NCBI GenBank assembly: GCA_041650495.1
Contig: JBAZLB010000002.1
Location: 165,960 to 229,959, forward strand
Reading direction: 5' to 3'
Source: Candidatus Omnitrophota bacterium
GTDB taxonomy: Bacteria > Omnitrophota > Gorgyraeia > Gygaellales > Profunditerraquicolaceae
DNA length: 64,000 nucleotides
Part shown: positions 59,145 through 64,000 of the stretch, in pieces
Numbering within the stretch: the stretch's first letter is position 1
How the letters are laid out: each line of letters begins with the position of its first letter
Program-made: the position numbers and the translations under genes
The notes under the pieces: generated by a model
What the model was told of the DNA's origin: nothing
What the model saw: only the letters and a program-made list of their open reading frames with translations
Databases searched by the model: none

Positions 59145-60539
59145 TTATTTGAGCAAGACTTCTTCGCCTTTCAAAGGAAGATAAACGGGTATCCCCTTTG
59201 CCGAAAGGCTGTTAAATAACACCTGAGATTGCTCCTCATCCCCGTGCACCAGGTACACGCCCTTTAAGGGAAGGCAGGATTGGATAAAATCTGCCAGGCC
59301 GTTCTTATCGGCATGCCCGGAAAAGGCATTTATCACCACTACTTCGGCATTAAGCTCATACTCAACGCCGAATATCCTGACTATCTTTGCCTTATCTACT
59401 ATTTTCTTTCCCAGGGTATCCTTTGCCATATATCCCACCACCAGGACAATATTCCGGGAATCCTCAATATTATTTTTCAGATGATGCAAGATGCGCCCTG
59501 ACTCGCACATGCCTGAACCTGCGATAATGATCATCGAACGCTTGTCATTGTTCAGCGCCTTTGATTCTTCCTGGGCGCGTATATATCTTAAATTCAACAG
59601 CTCAAAAGGCCCCTCTCCTTTTTCTATGGCCTTGCGTGTTAGGGGATTCATGTAATCCAGATGGTATTTAAATAAGTCGGTGATGTCTGTGGCCAGGGGA
59701 CTATCCACATAAATGGGGATAGCAGGTATGGCATTCTCCTTCAGGAGTTCAGCCAGAAAATATATCACCTCCTGGGCGCGTTCCAGGGTAAATGACGGAA
59801 TAAGTATTTTACCTTTGCGTTCAACCGCCCGGTTTATGGCATCGGCAAGTTTGTGCTTTGCCTCCTCGATGGGGGCATGCAGTCTTGCCCCGTATGTGCT
59901 TTCGATCACCAGATAATCAAGCGCAGGCGGCAGGACCGGGTCATTAAGCATGGGCAGGTTCTTTCTGCCCAGGTCCACCGCATATCCCAACCGTATATTG
60001 CGCGGGCCTTCTTTTATATCCAGGGTTATAATGCTTGAGCCTAAGATATGCCCGGCATCATAGAGGGTGACATGGATATCCTTGTTCAGGCAGAACCTTT
60101 GATTATAGGAAAGACAACGGAATATCTTGCCTGCCTTTATTGCCTCCTTACGCGTATAAAGAGGCCTGCGCAAAGGAAGGCCGAGCCTGCGGTTGATCTT
60201 ATTGAGGTAACGGGTGTCTTCTTCCTGTATTTTGCCTGAATCCTCAAGCATGAGGCGGGATAGATCCTTGGTGGCATGCGTGGTATATATTTTACAACTC
60301 AGCCCCCTCTTTATCAGGGTAGGGATATTTCCGCAGTGGTCTATATGCGCATGGGATAAAATAAGGGCGTTTAATTTACGGGGGTTATAATTCAGGACAG
60401 TATTTACCTGGTAAAATTCATCACGGTGGCCGTGGAATAACCCCGCGTCCAAAAGGATACCGCAGCGGCCGGTAGAGACCATGTGGGATGAGCCTGTTAC
60501 TGTCCTGACGCCGCCTAAGAATTTTATGGTTACCGGCAT
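59145..60539 (-). CDS. MBL-fold/beta-CASP metallo-hydrolase (CPSF/RNase J-like RNA-metabolizing nuclease)
   Basis: HAHIDHCG zinc motif, beta-CASP motifs (D..H..H), ~460 aa. Confidence 0.75.
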   Translation of the reverse strand: MPVTIKFLGGVRTVTGSSHMVSTGRCGILLDAGLFHGHRDEFYQVNTVLNYNPRKLNALILSHAHIDHCGNIPTLIKRGLSCKIYTTHATKDLSRLMLEDSGKIQEEDTRYLNKINRRLGLPLRRPLYTRKEAIKAGKIFRCLSYNQRFCLNKDIHVTLYDAGHILGSSIITLDIKEGPRNIRLGYAVDLGRKNLPMLNDPVLPPALDYLVIESTYGARLHAPIEEAKHKLADAINRAVERKGKILIPSFTLERAQEVIYFLAELLKENAIPAIPIYVDSPLATDITDLFKYHLDYMNPLTRKAIEKGEGPFELLNLRYIRAQEESKALNNDKRSMIIIAGSGMCESGRILHHLKNNIEDSRNIVLVVGYMAKDTLGKKIVDKAKIVRIFGVEYELNAEVVVINAFSGHADKNGLADFIQSCLPLKGVYLVHGDEEQSQVLFNSLSAKGIPVYLPLKGEEVLLK

Positions 60540-60550
60540 GATACAGGAAG

Positions 60551-62107
60551 TTAAGTTACAAAGAGGTTGCGGGAGGAGAATTTCCCGTCCGTGGTCAGGT
60601 TGACCCCCAGACGTTTAAGCCCTACCTCATCCCCCGGGGTGGGTATATGGGTCATATGCACTTCGCATCCTTTTAATTCAATTAACCTTTGCATGGTCAA
60701 TTCGGCGGTATGGTTGGTAGTGGCGCTGATGGAAAGGGCGATAAGCGTCTCCTCTAAATCCAGGCTTTCGGAGTCAGTATCCAATATCCCCTCTTTTAAT
60801 TTCGCGATCTGGCTTATAACATGCGGGGACAAAAGGAGGATCTCATCCGGTATATTAGCCAAAACCTTTACCGCGTTCAATATCAGGCTGGATGCCGCAT
60901 GCATAAGTTTTGAATTCTTTCCCGTAATAATCCTGCCGTCATTTAACTGGATGGCCGCTCCGCAATATATGCCTTCATGGCCTTTGCCTTTTGCCTCTGC
61001 CTCCTCCGCCGCCTTCCTGGCTACTTCCACCACCAGCCTGTCCGTAATCTTAACCCCTAATTCCTCCATCAGGAGCACAACCCTTTCCACTGTTTCCTTT
61101 TTTTCTATCCCCAGGACATACTCGGTATTATACCTGAAATACCTGCGGATTAATTCCTGCTTGGATGCCTCCTGCACAATCTTATCATCCACAATGCCGA
61201 ACCCCGCGCGGTTAACCCCCATATCGGTAGGAGAATTATAAGCGGGCAGATTGACATTTCTTTCAAATATCTTGCCCAATATGAGTTTTAGTATGGGAAA
61301 ACTCTCCACATCGCGGTTATAGTTTACAGCCATCTTATTGTATTTATTCAAATGAAAGGGGTCAACGAGGTTGAAGTCCTGTATATCCGCGGTAGCCGCC
61401 TCATATGCCACGTTCACCGGATGTTTAAGCGGAAGGTTCCATATCGGAAAGGTCTCAAATTTAGCATACCCCGCGTTTACGCCGCGCTTGTTTTCGTGGT
61501 AGAGCTGAGAAAGGCAAATAGAGAGTTTCCCGCTGTTAGGCCCGGGGGCAGTAACCACCACAATCGGCCTCCTGGTCTCTATATACTCATTCTTGCCGAA
61601 ACCCTTCTCACTGGTTATTAAATCCACATCCGCAGGATAGCCTTCTATGGGATGGTGCAGATAAACCTTGACGTTCCTGCGCTCCAATTTATTTTTAAAT
61701 ACTACGGCTGAAGGCTGGTTGGTAAAACGCGTAATCACCACCGCCAGTATATCCAGCCCCCATTTTCTCAAGTCATCAATCAACTTGAATGTGGCGGCAT
61801 CGTAAGTAATGCCAAAATCGCCCCTGACCCTGCCCTTTTCTATATCCGCGGCATATATACAAAGGACGATATCAATCTTATCCTTCAATAACTGCAATAA
61901 TCTTATCTTTACGTTAGGTTCATACCCCGGTAATACGCGCGCGGCGTGGTAATCAAAACAGAGTTTCCCGCCAAACTCCAGGTAAAGCTTATTGTCAAAC
62001 TTCTTTACCCGGTCTAAAATAGCTGCGGTCTGTTCTTTAAGGTATTTCTCGTTATCAAAACCTATTTTCTTAGGCATATTTTTCTGATCCCCCAAACCAA
62101 CAGTCAT
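60551..62107 (-). CDS. DUF1846 (UPF0371) family protein
   Basis: N-terminal ..FDNEKYLKEQTAAILDRV..YLEFGGKL..YHAARVLPGYEPN.. matches DUF1846 as I recall it. 518 aa. Confidence 0.6.
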   Translation of the reverse strand: MTVGLGDQKNMPKKIGFDNEKYLKEQTAAILDRVKKFDNKLYLEFGGKLCFDYHAARVLPGYEPNVKIRLLQLLKDKIDIVLCIYAADIEKGRVRGDFGITYDAATFKLIDDLRKWGLDILAVVITRFTNQPSAVVFKNKLERRNVKVYLHHPIEGYPADVDLITSEKGFGKNEYIETRRPIVVVTAPGPNSGKLSICLSQLYHENKRGVNAGYAKFETFPIWNLPLKHPVNVAYEAATADIQDFNLVDPFHLNKYNKMAVNYNRDVESFPILKLILGKIFERNVNLPAYNSPTDMGVNRAGFGIVDDKIVQEASKQELIRRYFRYNTEYVLGIEKKETVERVVLLMEELGVKITDRLVVEVARKAAEEAEAKGKGHEGIYCGAAIQLNDGRIITGKNSKLMHAASSLILNAVKVLANIPDEILLLSPHVISQIAKLKEGILDTDSESLDLEETLIALSISATTNHTAELTMQRLIELKGCEVHMTHIPTPGDEVGLKRLGVNLTTDGKFSSRNLFVT

Positions 62108-62180
62108 ATTATATTAGAAGGCTTGAGGGTTGTAAAGACAATATAGCCGGAGATAGGATAGTAACCTCTTGCGGTCGGCT

Positions 62181-62213
62181 TAAAAAAGAGGCGTTCGCAT
62201 GCGAACGCCTCTT
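62181..62213 (-). terminator. Rho-independent terminator of gdhA
   Basis: Minus strand perfect palindrome AGAGGCGTTCGC-AT-GCGAACGCCTCT followed by TTTTTTAAG. Confidence 0.65.
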
Positions 62214-62236
62214 TGTGCCCTCTCTTTCAACCCTGC

Positions 62237-63589
<1,353 letters not shown>

Positions 63590-63609
63590 TTATGTCCCTG
63601 AAATAGCTT

Positions 63610-64000
63610 TCAGGGGCCTCTCTTATCCAGGTAAGTAATGATGCCGGATGCTGCTTTCTTGGCCATGCCCATGGCCTCAATAACTGTGCCTTCCCCCCCC
63701 ACGATATCGCCTCCGGCAAAAACCCCCCTGATAGAGGTCTCCATAGTTTCATTATTCACGATGATATCTCCATATTGATCTGTCTTTAACCCGGGGGTGA
63801 CTTTAGTCATTATCTGATTGGCCTTAAGGCCTACGGCAATGACCCCCAAATCGCATGAAAGCTTAAAATCACTGCCAATTATATCAACCGGCCTTCTCCT
63901 GCCTGAACTGTCCGGCTCACCCAGCTGGCAGGCCAGGCAGCTGATTTTCTTAACAAAACCCTTTTCATCTCCGCTGAATTCCTGCGGCTTGACCAGAAAC
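63610..64000 (-). CDS. C-terminal part of a GltD-family FAD/NAD(P) oxidoreductase (glutamate synthase small-subunit-like); 5' end lies beyond window end
   Basis: ..GVFAGGDIVGGEGTVIEAMGMAKKAASGI.. C-terminal FAD-binding motif. Frame stays open to position 64000. Confidence 0.55.
   Translation of the reverse strand, partial: FLVKPQEFSGDEKGFVKKISCLACQLGEPDSSGRRRPVDIIGSDFKLSCDLGVIAVGLKANQIMTKVTPGLKTDQYGDIIVNNETMETSIRGVFAGGDIVGGEGTVIEAMGMAKKAASGIITYLDKRGP

Overview
This 64-kb window is a chromosomal segment of a diderm (LPS-producing) bacterium, about 47% GC, with almost all genes on the minus strand. Housekeeping content includes a lipid A/Kdo cluster (GT4, lpxL-ELM1 fusion, lpxK, waaA, and later lpxB), topA, xerC/D, dprA, aroK, aroC, nth, greA, cca, nrdR, glyA, rpiB, eno, gdhA and a long purine operon (purE, purD, purM, purF, purQ, LOG, purS-L fusion, purB). 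The strongest finding is an initiator tRNA-fMet(CAU) gene on the minus strand whose anticodon loop is split by a ~243-nt insert with a group-I-like core (52522-52838). Other notable items are a c-di-GMP module (REC-GG(D)DF, UPF0016, PilZ) embedded in the lipid A/Kdo operon, a STAS-PilZ fusion, and a ~190-nt repeated hairpin-rich element upstream of greA and the STAS-PilZ gene. A low-GC islet (41.7-44.1 kb) carries small membrane-protein genes with a duplicated upstream motif. A TetR-controlled RND/TolC efflux operon continues into HD-GYP, MarR, patatin-like lipase and DUF2934 genes. Several unusual fusions occur (TsaC-LMW-PTP, Macro-NUDIX, PurS-PurL, LpxL-ELM1), plus a divergent bL27-like gene. 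I saw no CRISPR array, no rRNA and no clear prophage.
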